A stretch of 64,000 nt of DNA from a virus. The stretch is taken from positions 64,001 through 128,000 of IMG/VR virus record IMGVR_UViG_3300021962_000023; one strand, given 5' to 3'. The position numbers and the translations under genes were made by a program. Within the stretch, counting starts at the first letter, position 1. Every line of letters starts with the position of its first letter. Of this stretch, positions 26,265-36,171 are shown one piece after another. The notes under the pieces were generated by a model that worked only from the letters and a program-made list of their open reading frames with translations, did no database searches and had not been told where the DNA came from.

Positions 26265-28499
26265 TTATCCGTTAAAACTTGCACCAGTTGGTAAGATGTT
26301 GAAATCGATTTGGATGAATTCAGCTGTCTTAGTTGGTTGTAAGTAGATAGCCCCTTTCATAATGTTTCTATCAATTACATCCGGTGTGTTGTTCGTATCA
26401 TCCATCACAACTCTAAATGCGTATAAACCTTGTCTTTGTTGGATTGATTCCAAATAAGGGTTTACAATATTTAAGAATCTATTTCTAGTAGTTGATGTGT
26501 TTTGTTCGAACACTAAATATCTCGAAGTAGAAGCGATGTATTTTCTAACAGTTAATAATAATCTTCTTACATTAATTCTATCCAATGCAGATGGTTTATC
26601 TTGTAATGTTTTTTGTCCGAACACTACGATACCTTGTCCTGGGAACTGAACGATTGGGTTTACCTTTCCTTCATATAATGTATCTTTCTCTGATTGAGTT
26701 AATCTATTCAATACACTAACTGCTCCTGTCAATCCACCTCTATTTAAACCGGCTGGTGCGAACCATTCTGCTGCTACTCTATCGTTAGAAGCGAATACGC
26801 CAGGTAATAATACTGATGGTGGAACTGAAATTAATTTGTTTGTATTTGTATCAATAGTTTTAATCCAAGGATAGTAAGTTGCTGCCATATTTGAATCCAC
26901 TGCATCAGATTGAGTAGTAGCTTGTGCAATTGAATCACCTGCCGCTGTTTGGTCCATAATGTAGAAACAATCATTTCTAGCTTCAACCATATCTAAAACC
27001 GAAGTTGCTACTGAAGAGTGTAATCTTCTAATAACACCTGGAGTTACTACCATATTGATATCATATTCATCAGCGTTTGATAATGCCGCTATATGTTTAG
27101 CGTATGCTACTGAACCACTTGCGGTTGCTGATGATAAATCGAAACCTTGTGAGTTTCCAGCACTCATATCAGAACCTTTGTTAATTGCTGTTGCTGGATT
27201 CATACCATCGAATCCTTCTTGGAATCCTACTAAGAATTGTGCCAAAGAAGAACCTACTGATAATGTACCACCATTAGATGCATCCAATCCAAATACTGAA
27301 TTAGAACCTACACCTGCTCCTACTGGAATTGGTTTTAAGTAGATTGAGTTATCAGTATTACCATCTAAATCAATACCACCATATTGTGTTGCGGATGCAG
27401 TCACAAATGTTACCGATGGAATTAATGCCCCAACACCTGCTGATGCGGAAACTGGCAAAGTATATGCAGCATGTCCAAACGGTACTGCTTGTACCGGTGC
27501 CGATGTATTTAAGTTTGCAATTCTAACATATTTAGAATTATTAACCCAATCACCTGTTTCGGTAATTTTGCCTTCTGAATTGATAGTTAATTTTCTATCA
27601 CCAATTACTCTACTAATAAAGTTAGGAGAATTAGGGTCTAAATTAACATTTGAATATGTTTCTAATACTGTTTTCTTTTTATTTGTATCATTGAAATCTC
27701 TAACAACCACAGTGAATACGCCATAATCAGTTCCATTTACAGAACCGGCTGCTTTAATATTTGTAATACCAATTTTAACTTTAGTATTTGCCGCATTTCC
27801 TGCGCCTAAAGTTTCGAATTGGAATAAGCTATATCTATCACCACTAATTGTTTGTGATTTAATCATTGGTGTTAATGCTTCTTGTGCATCGAATGTAAAG
27901 TCTTGGTTACCTAATATAGATAAAGATGCGGTTGCATTTGAATCAAATGTGATATTAGTATTTTTAAAGAAACCATATGCATATGGATATTTTGCACCCA
28001 ATGCAGATGTTCCAAATACTGCTTCAATATCATTTGTATCTGCTACATCTAATGATGCTGATAAGTTTAGACCTGTGCCTCTTAATACAAAATCACCTTG
28101 TCCACTCAATGAAGCAGTTAATTGTGCATTTGCAAAACCTGCATTTGCCGCAGTTGATGTATTAAAAAGTATACCTAATGATGCTGATACTGAACCAGAA
28201 GTTGCTGTTAATAATAAAGGAGCTGTTTCGGTATATCCACCAACACCAGCTACTCTACAAATTGTAGCACTTCCTGCTTCTCTTAAATACGATTGTACTG
28301 CTAAAGGAGTGTAATAAGTGTCATCAACTGCTCCAAAAAGAGTTTGAAATTCTGCTTGAGAATTTACAATTGTTGGAACTAATGGGCCTTCTTTAAAAGG
28401 ACCAATAAATGCTGCACCGATTTCAGCTACACCTTGTTGTAAAAATGATAGGTCGTTTTCTTTTGTAAAAACACCCGGTGATACTATTTTCTCTGCCAT
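26265..28499 (-). CDS. gp18: tail sheath protein
   Basis: SPGVFTKENDLS, WFAPAGLNRG, GQKTLQ, LDRINVRRLL, PTKTAEFI. Confidence 0.95.
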   Translation of the reverse strand: MAEKIVSPGVFTKENDLSFLQQGVAEIGAAFIGPFKEGPLVPTIVNSQAEFQTLFGAVDDTYYTPLAVQSYLREAGSATICRVAGVGGYTETAPLLLTATSGSVSASLGILFNTSTAANAGFANAQLTASLSGQGDFVLRGTGLNLSASLDVADTNDIEAVFGTSALGAKYPYAYGFFKNTNITFDSNATASLSILGNQDFTFDAQEALTPMIKSQTISGDRYSLFQFETLGAGNAANTKVKIGITNIKAAGSVNGTDYGVFTVVVRDFNDTNKKKTVLETYSNVNLDPNSPNFISRVIGDRKLTINSEGKITETGDWVNNSKYVRIANLNTSAPVQAVPFGHAAYTLPVSASAGVGALIPSVTFVTASATQYGGIDLDGNTDNSIYLKPIPVGAGVGSNSVFGLDASNGGTLSVGSSLAQFLVGFQEGFDGMNPATAINKGSDMSAGNSQGFDLSSATASGSVAYAKHIAALSNADEYDINMVVTPGVIRRLHSSVATSVLDMVEARNDCFYIMDQTAAGDSIAQATTQSDAVDSNMAATYYPWIKTIDTNTNKLISVPPSVLLPGVFASNDRVAAEWFAPAGLNRGGLTGAVSVLNRLTQSEKDTLYEGKVNPIVQFPGQGIVVFGQKTLQDKPSALDRINVRRLLLTVRKYIASTSRYLVFEQNTSTTRNRFLNIVNPYLESIQQRQGLYAFRVVMDDTNNTPDVIDRNIMKGAIYLQPTKTAEFIQIDFNILPTGASFNG

Positions 28500-28537
28500 T
28501 GTATATGCTTAATTTTAAAAATTTATAATAATCTTAG

Positions 28538-28545
28538 TATAAATA
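28538..28545 (-). promoter_or_regulatory. putative late promoter TATTTATA
   Basis: exact octamer 38 nt upstream of gp18. Confidence 0.65.
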
Positions 28546-28569
28546 TAAAAAATATTTTCAAAACAACAC

Positions 28570-30294
28570 TTACGGTCTATATGTTGGTTGGAAATAATCG
28601 TATATTTGTCCTATTTTAGTCGAATCTAATTGTGTATTGTAAAATAATACAGGTCCCAATTGTCCATTGAAGTAATAATTGTTATCACCATATCCACCAC
28701 CGATTTGAATTAGTGCAGATGTGGTGTAATCTTTTGAACCATTTGATACAGTTCCTCTTGATGTTTTATCGGTATATGCAACATTAGTACCATTCAATGC
28801 CGCCGTATACGAAATCATATACCAAGTATTTAATGATAAACTAAATGTGTTACTATTAAATTGTACAGTCGTACCATCATGTATAAAATAAGTACCACTA
28901 CCATTTGAATTTAAATAAACTGCAATTTCTCTCGGTGATGCTCCATTATTATGTTTACCAAAAATTTGATAATATCCACTAGCAGGATGTGATGTAAATC
29001 TAACCCAAGCTACTACTGAATATGCTGATGTATTAAATTGAGTATATCCACCATTAATGTTCGTTGTACCATCTTTGTACCAAAATTTATTAGTAGATAA
29101 TGACCAATATTTATCAATTCTAGTTGCACCATTGTTATATGTAGGATTACCACCACTTATACCGGCTGCATTACTTACAGCCGCAGGTCTAACACCTGTA
29201 CCATATCCACTTAAATCTAACCAGTCCGATGTATCAACTCCGGATGTAGATGCCGCTTTTGATGGGTCTAAATACATTCTTAAACCAGCCGATGGAATGA
29301 AAGGCTGTGCGGTTGTTCCCTTATTGTGCGAAATCAAACCATTTGAAATATACACGTCGGCATTTTCAACATTCACAGTTACAATTTCAACATCTTCAAT
29401 GACAACTTCTATATTTGTTACATCTATTTCAGTTTCATCTTCCATTACCAATTTATCACCAGGTAATATATCTCCTATATTTTTGAATTTGTATTTTTCA
29501 ATCTCATTATCCCAAACATAAAGAGGATGGGTTTCGGTTGCTTTAATCAATCCATTATTAATAGAGTAATATCCTTCCGCAAAATTAAATGTTACATCCT
29601 TTACAGTTACATTTTGTGCAGAACCCGATAAAATGGATGTATGATAGAATCTCCAATCAACTTGGTCGGATTCAGGGTCTTGAGTTTCATCAGGCAATCC
29701 TGCTGGCACCCATGCTTTAATCGTATCACCCACATTCAAATCTTCAACATTTACCGATGTACCATCTTCTAATTGAATTTGTGTACCAAATAGTAAACAA
29801 AAATCAGGTTGGTTAATTGTATTATAAACATCCACTGCGTATAATACTTTTGTAGATGGTGTATTGTAATTTGTTGCCGCAGTGTTATATCCATCAGCAT
29901 ATGCCATAGTTAAAGTAGCAGATGCTTCCGAATAATTTGATGCATTAATTGCTGCCGGAGTAATTGGAAATACGGATGGTCCACTAGATAATGTTTGTGA
30001 ACCTACTGAAAAATTTGCATTATTAAATGAACAAGTAAAATTGTTTGCTACACCTTGCACTTTAGAATAGAACAATGAACCTGTTGTTGAAAATGAAAAT
30101 TGTGCATTTTCCGTAGTACTTTCTACGATGTATGTATATGTTGGTAAACTTATACTAATTGCATCAGCTGCGAATCCAATCATAGAACTATTTGATGCTC
30201 CACCGGATAAACCACCCAATGAAACTGCCCCAGCTCTAACTGAACCACTTACTGCTCTATATAAGTTACCTAATGATAAATTTGTTCTTGCCAT
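28570..30294 (-). CDS. virion protein: beta-rich N-terminus + Hint domain + LamG/ConA-like lectin domain
   Basis: CLLFGTQIQL...VEDLNVGD...TETHPLYV...VYISNGLISHN, then LRMYLDPS...WLDLSG...YSVVAWV...WYMISYT...FNGQLGPVLFYN. Confidence 0.8.
   Translation of the reverse strand: MARTNLSLGNLYRAVSGSVRAGAVSLGGLSGGASNSSMIGFAADAISISLPTYTYIVESTTENAQFSFSTTGSLFYSKVQGVANNFTCSFNNANFSVGSQTLSSGPSVFPITPAAINASNYSEASATLTMAYADGYNTAATNYNTPSTKVLYAVDVYNTINQPDFCLLFGTQIQLEDGTSVNVEDLNVGDTIKAWVPAGLPDETQDPESDQVDWRFYHTSILSGSAQNVTVKDVTFNFAEGYYSINNGLIKATETHPLYVWDNEIEKYKFKNIGDILPGDKLVMEDETEIDVTNIEVVIEDVEIVTVNVENADVYISNGLISHNKGTTAQPFIPSAGLRMYLDPSKAASTSGVDTSDWLDLSGYGTGVRPAAVSNAAGISGGNPTYNNGATRIDKYWSLSTNKFWYKDGTTNINGGYTQFNTSAYSVVAWVRFTSHPASGYYQIFGKHNNGASPREIAVYLNSNGSGTYFIHDGTTVQFNSNTFSLSLNTWYMISYTAALNGTNVAYTDKTSRGTVSNGSKDYTTSALIQIGGGYGDNNYYFNGQLGPVLFYNTQLDSTKIGQIYDYFQPTYRP
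29323..29799 (-). other. Hint (intein-like/BIL) domain, 159 aa, no homing endonuclease
   Basis: Cys1 at 29797-29799, block B TxxHP, terminal His-Asn at 29323-29328, +1 residue is Lys. Confidence 0.85.
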
Positions 30295-30304
30295 TTGTTA
30301 AGTA

Positions 30305-31303
30305 TTATTCTCCGTTATAAATATCTAAAAGTTTTTCTTTCCACACATCTTTATTTTCGAAGTGGTCTATCATCCAATTTTTAAGTTTTTCGAATTCCTT
30401 TTTACGGGTTTCGTAATCATCCTTACAAATCGTTTGGTAGGTTTTCTTAAATGATTCCGCATCACTAGCTTTGTATTTGTAGTCAAGTGGAACATACCAA
30501 TTCTCATGTAGTATGGGAAGCTTTCCGAAATCAACTGCCTCAAATATTCCGTATCCGAAGGGTTCGTGCTGAAAGCAAGAATGAGAGATTCCCCAATCAA
30601 GTCCATAGAACCTTTCTTTAAATTTGTAATCAAATTTGTAAACTTTGGCTTTTTCGAATTTGAAACCATACTTCTTTTTGTAGTATTTGTTAAATGTTTC
30701 TGAATTAGTTGAAATATATCCACCCAACCCATCCATATATTCTACATTTTTTCTACCTTCAACTCTTGCCGCATATCCAATTTGTGTGGATTTCGAAAGT
30801 TCGTTGTTTTGTATAAATTCGTAGTTATTTGGAATGTGATGTAAGTTTTCCGTTTTATATGGAAAATGATATAATCCTACCCAAACTTTATGTTTAATTT
30901 TATCTATTAATTCAGATTCATATTCCCAATTACCATACCAATGTAGGTATTCATCTTTTTGCATTTGTGCCATCAAAGACACTTTTGTTAAATTATGGAA
31001 AACAATTGAATCAATTTTTTCCAAATTTTGATGAATAGCTCTGGTTGGAGTATAATGACCATGTAGTATGTGTATCCTTCTAGCACCATCTAATATTTTT
31101 ATTATTTCATCTTCCGATGTTTCCCAAATATGTTCAATATCGATTGGAAATTCTTCGTAGTTTTGGGGTTTATGTCTATGGAAAAGAAGAAGTGGCTTCA
31201 CTTCTAAATGAGGTGCCACTTCTTTTATCCAATTAGTTACCCATATATCAGCACCGCTGTTGAACCAAGGGCCTCCAGCGGTGGTGTAGTAAACATCATA
31301 CAT
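30305..31303 (-). CDS. GT-B fold glycosyltransferase (GT4-like)
   Basis: N-terminal YYTTAGG, GYAARVEGRKN, EPFGYGIFEAVDFGKLP (ExFG..xxEA motif). Confidence 0.85.
   Translation of the reverse strand: MYDVYYTTAGGPWFNSGADIWVTNWIKEVAPHLEVKPLLLFHRHKPQNYEEFPIDIEHIWETSEDEIIKILDGARRIHILHGHYTPTRAIHQNLEKIDSIVFHNLTKVSLMAQMQKDEYLHWYGNWEYESELIDKIKHKVWVGLYHFPYKTENLHHIPNNYEFIQNNELSKSTQIGYAARVEGRKNVEYMDGLGGYISTNSETFNKYYKKKYGFKFEKAKVYKFDYKFKERFYGLDWGISHSCFQHEPFGYGIFEAVDFGKLPILHENWYVPLDYKYKASDAESFKKTYQTICKDDYETRKKEFEKLKNWMIDHFENKDVWKEKLLDIYNGE
30316..30323 (-). promoter_or_regulatory. putative late promoter TATTTATA
   Basis: exact octamer 21 nt upstream of ATG 30294, inside the last codons of the GT gene. Confidence 0.6.
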
Positions 31304-31306
31304 TAA

Positions 31307-33178
31307 TTATAAACCTTTTGATTCTTTTAACTTTTCGATTTCTAATGTTAAAGAATGAATTTGCGTTTGTTGTTCTTTAATACCTTCAATTAATAATGCT
31401 ACTAATTTATCGTATTTAACTGCTTTATATCCTGTTTCTCTAGTTGTTACCAATTGTGGTAATATTGCTTCAATTTCTTGTGCAATTACTCCCACATCAT
31501 TTCCTTCGAATCCGTGATACTCTTTCATATCCTCTTTCCAATCATAAGTGTTACCGCTAATTTTAGAAATTTTTTCTAAAGCGTTTGGAATTGGAGTAAT
31601 ATTTTCTTTAAAGTTTCTATCCGAAGTTGAATATGCAACGATATCACCACTTGCATCAATTCTACCAGCAGTTGCCGATGCTGCCATTCCAACTCCTAAT
31701 GAGTTAAATTGAACATTTGATGAAGTTGCTACCGACTGTCCGATTGCAATTGTTGCGTTTGAACCTTCGGCCGGTGTGTGAGTTATAGTAACCCCAGTTC
31801 CTGCGGTTAAATCACTCATATAGTTACCGGTCGTATCCGTACCCAATGCTACCGAATTTGCAGCTATTGTAGTTGCGAACGAAACATTGGCTAAATTAGT
31901 AATAGTTCCCGTACCAGTCACATCGCCTGTTAAAGTGATTGAGATATCAGTTCCTTCTAAATTACTTAATCTAGTTAATGCAGAAGAACTGAATGCTTCT
32001 AAGTTAGCAGTTTCAATTTCTAATGCATTTAATCTAGTGATTGCCGAACCACTTGCCGTTGATAATTGGTCTAATCTACTATTTTGAGTTGTATTAGTTG
32101 TATCGTTTGAACCTGTGTAAGTGTTCAATGAATCTAATATTCCAATTATTTGTGAAGAGCCTGATACAACACCATTTGTTGCGTTAATTGTACCATTATG
32201 AATACCATTAAATGAAGTACCTGTAAATGCCCCGGCTTTGAAATCTGCTAATGTAAATCCAGTCCCGTTTACATCTACCTGTGCAGATGTTTCATCTTGT
32301 AAACCATTGAATACTTTCCAAGTATGCCCATCACTTGCATCCATAAAGATACCCGCGTGTCTATATGTACCATCATTATAATGTCCTACAACACCTAAAT
32401 CATTATCAATAGATGCCGTTGGTGATAAGTAAAGTATGTTATCCGAAATTGAAACATTTTGTGAATTGATTACGGATTGTGTGCCATAAACAACAATGTT
32501 TCCTAAGAATGAAACAGTTGAACCAGTCATTTGAATACCGGCTTGTAATGAAGCGGTATATGAATTTAAATTGGTTAATGAAACATCTTGTGAATCATTT
32601 TTAGTCTTTGCTGCTGAAGCAGATGTTATTAAACTTCCACTTACAACTCCAATTTCAGTCAATCTTGTTTCAACTGAACCTGTATAAGTAGCTAATGTAC
32701 TATTTTGGGTTAATTGAGAACCACTAAATGTATTTAATGAATCTAATATACCCAATACTTGAGATGAACCACTTACAACACCGTTAGTTGCTGCAATAGC
32801 ACCACTAATAGAAGTTGCGTATACATTTCTATATACTTTGGTTGTACTACCTAAATCAAATGTATTAGTTGCATCTGGTATAATTGATGAACTTAAATCT
32901 GCGTTTAATGCGATTGTATCGGTATTGGCATCACCAATTGTGATATTTCCACCTAATATTAAATTACCATGTATTTCTGCATTTCCTGTGATATCCAAGC
33001 CAGACCCTGAAATATCTCCAAAAGTAGCAACACTTGCTGTACCGACTGTTGCTAATTGAATATCACCATTATCACCACCTACCAACAATGTTTGTAGAGT
33101 TGTATTTACGAATGGTTCTCCGAATGCTAACGAACCTGATTGTTGTGCGGTTGTCCCACGTCTAAATTTAAGTGCCAT
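31307..33178 (-). CDS. fibre protein with C-terminal peptidase S74 (intramolecular chaperone) domain
   Basis: N-terminal MALKFRRGT; YSTSDRNFKENI...WKED...GVIAQEIEAILP...VKYDKLVALLIEGIKE. Confidence 0.88.
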   Translation of the reverse strand: MALKFRRGTTAQQSGSLAFGEPFVNTTLQTLLVGGDNGDIQLATVGTASVATFGDISGSGLDITGNAEIHGNLILGGNITIGDANTDTIALNADLSSSIIPDATNTFDLGSTTKVYRNVYATSISGAIAATNGVVSGSSQVLGILDSLNTFSGSQLTQNSTLATYTGSVETRLTEIGVVSGSLITSASAAKTKNDSQDVSLTNLNSYTASLQAGIQMTGSTVSFLGNIVVYGTQSVINSQNVSISDNILYLSPTASIDNDLGVVGHYNDGTYRHAGIFMDASDGHTWKVFNGLQDETSAQVDVNGTGFTLADFKAGAFTGTSFNGIHNGTINATNGVVSGSSQIIGILDSLNTYTGSNDTTNTTQNSRLDQLSTASGSAITRLNALEIETANLEAFSSSALTRLSNLEGTDISITLTGDVTGTGTITNLANVSFATTIAANSVALGTDTTGNYMSDLTAGTGVTITHTPAEGSNATIAIGQSVATSSNVQFNSLGVGMAASATAGRIDASGDIVAYSTSDRNFKENITPIPNALEKISKISGNTYDWKEDMKEYHGFEGNDVGVIAQEIEAILPQLVTTRETGYKAVKYDKLVALLIEGIKEQQTQIHSLTLEIEKLKESKGL

Positions 33179-33220
33179 CTAGTTTACCTTTTTTTTAGTA
33201 CGATTAATTAATTATATGTT

Positions 33221-33228
33221 TATAAATA
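33221..33228 (-). promoter_or_regulatory. putative late promoter TATTTATA
   Basis: exact octamer 42 nt upstream of ATG 33178. Confidence 0.6.
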
Positions 33229-33246
33229 TCTATTTTTTTATCAAAA

Positions 33247-36141
33247 CTACACATTGAAATCAATATGGAATTGACTTCCACTATAAGTAAAGTATTGTGC
33301 ATATGATGCTGAATATAATTCCAATGCTTCAATTCTACTATCAGTCGATGCAGTCCATTGGTTTATCTTAGTAAATTCAGCTGCTAAACCAGCTCCTACC
33401 GAAATAGATGCCGTATATTCTAACAAATCTATTCTAGCTTCGTGGTCTGAACCTGTCCAAAATAAACTAGCCGTAGCGGTTATCAAAGAAGAAGTTACTT
33501 GTGCTAAAGTAGTTGCTCTCGTTTCTAAACTTCCCGTTTCAATTTTTAAATCAGCAAATCTACTTTCGAATGAAGATGCTGAACTGATTAAAGAAGATGA
33601 TACTATTCCAATTTCAATTGCTCTTGTTTCTAATGATGCAGTTTCAGTTCCTAATGTTGCAAATCTACTTTCAAATGAAGATGCTGAGCTTATTAACGAA
33701 CCTGTTACAATACCAATTTCAGTTGCTCTTGTTTCTAAACTAGCCGTTTCAGTTGCTAATGTTGCAAATCTACTTTCAAATGAACTTGCAGAACTTATCA
33801 AACTAGCCGTTACAATACCAATTTCAGTTGCTCTTGTTTCTAAACTAGCCGTTTCAGTTGCTAATGTTTGGAATTGAGTAAGAATTGATGCCGATAACGA
33901 ATTTAAATTAGTTATTGAGATTGTATTCGCAGATGCAGTTGAAATCAATGAACCACTAATTGTTGCTAATGATGTAAATCTAATATCATATGAACCAGAT
34001 TTAGCTTCTATATCCCCTAATCTTTGTTCGTGATTGGATGCAGTTGATATTAATGAACCACTAATTGTTGCTAATGTAATTGCTCTGGCTTCTAAACTAG
34101 CCGTTTCACTATTTAAATTTGAAATAGCGATTGTATTTGCGGATGCCGTTAAAATCAATGAACCACTAATTGTTGCTAAATTTGCATTTCTTGCTTCAAA
34201 AGAAGATGCCGAGCTAATTAATGAACCTGTAATAGTTGCTAAATTCGAATTTCTTGTTTCAAATGAACTAGCAGAAGTAATTAATGAACCTGTAATAGCT
34301 CTTAATGCGGAATTATATGTATCAAATCCACTTATAGATTCCAATGTAATTTGAGATGAACCCGAAACTACACTATCTCCACCTGCCAATAATATTTTTG
34401 ATTCACCATCTTTAATTCCACCCTTCCAATAATCATTCGTTGCATCCCATAATAATGAACCCGATACAACTGAACCACCGGTAGGGTCTTTAACTAATAA
34501 ACCACCATTTGTATTTGCTGAACCATTTAATTCGATTACATTATCACCGATTTGAATAGTAGTTGAATCGATGGTAGTTTGTGTTCCTTTAACAACCAAA
34601 TCACCTAAAATGGTTACAGATGAACCAGTTAATTCAATTGCAGTTTTTAAAGATGATGTATATGATTCAATACTTCCAATTCTTTGTTCGTGATTCGAAG
34701 CAGTTTCTATCAATGAGCCGGTAGTAATTGCCAAACTTGCAAATCGTACATCATGTGAAGATGCTGAACTAATCAATGAACCTGTTATTACACCGATTGC
34801 ATTTAATTGTGAGTTTTTAATACTTCCGGATATTTCTATTACTGAACCACTATTACCTATAATAATAGATTCAGCATGATATGCTCCAATTTGTACAAAA
34901 TCCGCATATACTAATGCTTGAGTAGTACCATCTTTTAAGTCTTGAACCGATACATTGCCGATGTTTCCGCCTGAACCAGATGGGAATATTTGCATTTGTG
35001 ACCTATACGGGCCAACCGATAATAATGAACCATAAGTGTCAGTTGGGTCAAACATATACATCGCCAATGCGTTGTGTAATGCGCCTTGTCCATCATCATA
35101 ATGTTCTAATGCAACTGCCGAATATCCGTATTCTCTACCATCCAATGTAAACCCATCGGTTTTTATTATATGTTTTTCAGTTCCAACAGAAGGCCATTTA
35201 ATATTGAATTGAGCATCAGAACCACTTGTTATCAATGAACCTGTGATTATTTGATTTCCTACAAATGAGTTTGCTCTATCTATTCTCGCATATGAACCAC
35301 TTTCCGATTCAAATGTATCTAATCTTTGTTCGTGGTTAGAAGAAGTAGAAATTAAAGAACCACTAATAGTTGCTAAATCAGCAAATCTATTTTCGTGATT
35401 TGATGCAGTTACTATTAATGAACCACTAATAGTTGCTAAACTTGCATTTCTTGTTTCAAACGAAGATGCTGAACTGATTAATGAACCACTAACAACTCCG
35501 ATTTCGGTAAATCTCGAATCGTATGATGCGGTTACATTTCCTAATGTTGTAAATCTACTTTCATGCGAAGATGCGGTTGCTATTAATGAACCACTAATAG
35601 TTGCTAAACTTGCATTTCTTGTTTCATGTGAAGATGCGGTTAGTATCAATGAGCCAGTAATTGTTGCTAAAGAAACTGCTCTAGTTTCTAAACTACTACT
35701 TTCAGTTTCTAATGAACCTACTCTTTGATTTAATGATGTAACATCTATACCATTTACACTACCCGATAAAGATGCCGTAACACTATTTGCCCACAATGTT
35801 CTCCATTTAGCACCACTTGTACCTAAATCCAAAGTTCCGTTTGTACCTGGAACTAAATTGGTTGTAAATACACCTGGCACACTAATGTTATCTCCCGATG
35901 TATTACCTAAAAATAAATTACCTGAAATTGCAACATCGCCACTAAAATATGCATTCGATGCGGTAATATTTCCGCCTATATTTAATGAACCAGAGTTTGG
36001 TTGGTCTAATCTAGCTAAAGTTATCGGATTACCATCTCCTAATGAAATTTGTAGAGAACCCGAACTCTTATGTAAATATAATTCACCATCCATTAAGGAT
36101 ACTGAACCCGAACCTCTTCTTAATTGAAATATCGCTGCCAT
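33247..36141 (-). CDS. long fibre protein with coiled-coil heptad repeats
   Basis: MAAIFQLRRGS start; many GSLIxSASxxExR repeats; ends HIDFNV. Confidence 0.8.
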   Translation of the reverse strand: MAAIFQLRRGSGSVSLMDGELYLHKSSGSLQISLGDGNPITLARLDQPNSGSLNIGGNITASNAYFSGDVAISGNLFLGNTSGDNISVPGVFTTNLVPGTNGTLDLGTSGAKWRTLWANSVTASLSGSVNGIDVTSLNQRVGSLETESSSLETRAVSLATITGSLILTASSHETRNASLATISGSLIATASSHESRFTTLGNVTASYDSRFTEIGVVSGSLISSASSFETRNASLATISGSLIVTASNHENRFADLATISGSLISTSSNHEQRLDTFESESGSYARIDRANSFVGNQIITGSLITSGSDAQFNIKWPSVGTEKHIIKTDGFTLDGREYGYSAVALEHYDDGQGALHNALAMYMFDPTDTYGSLLSVGPYRSQMQIFPSGSGGNIGNVSVQDLKDGTTQALVYADFVQIGAYHAESIIIGNSGSVIEISGSIKNSQLNAIGVITGSLISSASSHDVRFASLAITTGSLIETASNHEQRIGSIESYTSSLKTAIELTGSSVTILGDLVVKGTQTTIDSTTIQIGDNVIELNGSANTNGGLLVKDPTGGSVVSGSLLWDATNDYWKGGIKDGESKILLAGGDSVVSGSSQITLESISGFDTYNSALRAITGSLITSASSFETRNSNLATITGSLISSASSFEARNANLATISGSLILTASANTIAISNLNSETASLEARAITLATISGSLISTASNHEQRLGDIEAKSGSYDIRFTSLATISGSLISTASANTISITNLNSLSASILTQFQTLATETASLETRATEIGIVTASLISSASSFESRFATLATETASLETRATEIGIVTGSLISSASSFESRFATLGTETASLETRAIEIGIVSSSLISSASSFESRFADLKIETGSLETRATTLAQVTSSLITATASLFWTGSDHEARIDLLEYTASISVGAGLAAEFTKINQWTASTDSRIEALELYSASYAQYFTYSGSQFHIDFNV
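33554..33868 (-). repeat. 105-nt (35 aa) tandem repeat, about 3 copies
   Basis: GCAAATCTACTTTC recurs at 33554, 33659 and 33764. Confidence 0.85.
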
Positions 36142-36160
36142 CTAATACTTTTATGTTTCT

Positions 36161-36168
36161 TATAAATA
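36161..36168 (-). promoter_or_regulatory. putative late promoter TATTTATA
   Basis: exact octamer 19 nt upstream of ATG 36141. Confidence 0.65.
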
Positions 36169-36171
36169 TGA

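Noticed and set aside
29323-29799. Canonical splicing intein or mobile element
   Set aside because: The +1 residue is Lys, there is no homing endonuclease, and the host protein is not a conserved enzyme; treated as a Hint/BIL cleavage domain.
30370-30732. 120-aa alternative-frame minus-strand ORF
   Set aside because: Fully nested in the glycosyltransferase, no recognisable motifs or separate initiation signal.
33500-35700. CRISPR-like array
   Set aside because: Repeats are in-frame coding units with similar inter-repeat sequence, not unique spacers; no cas genes.
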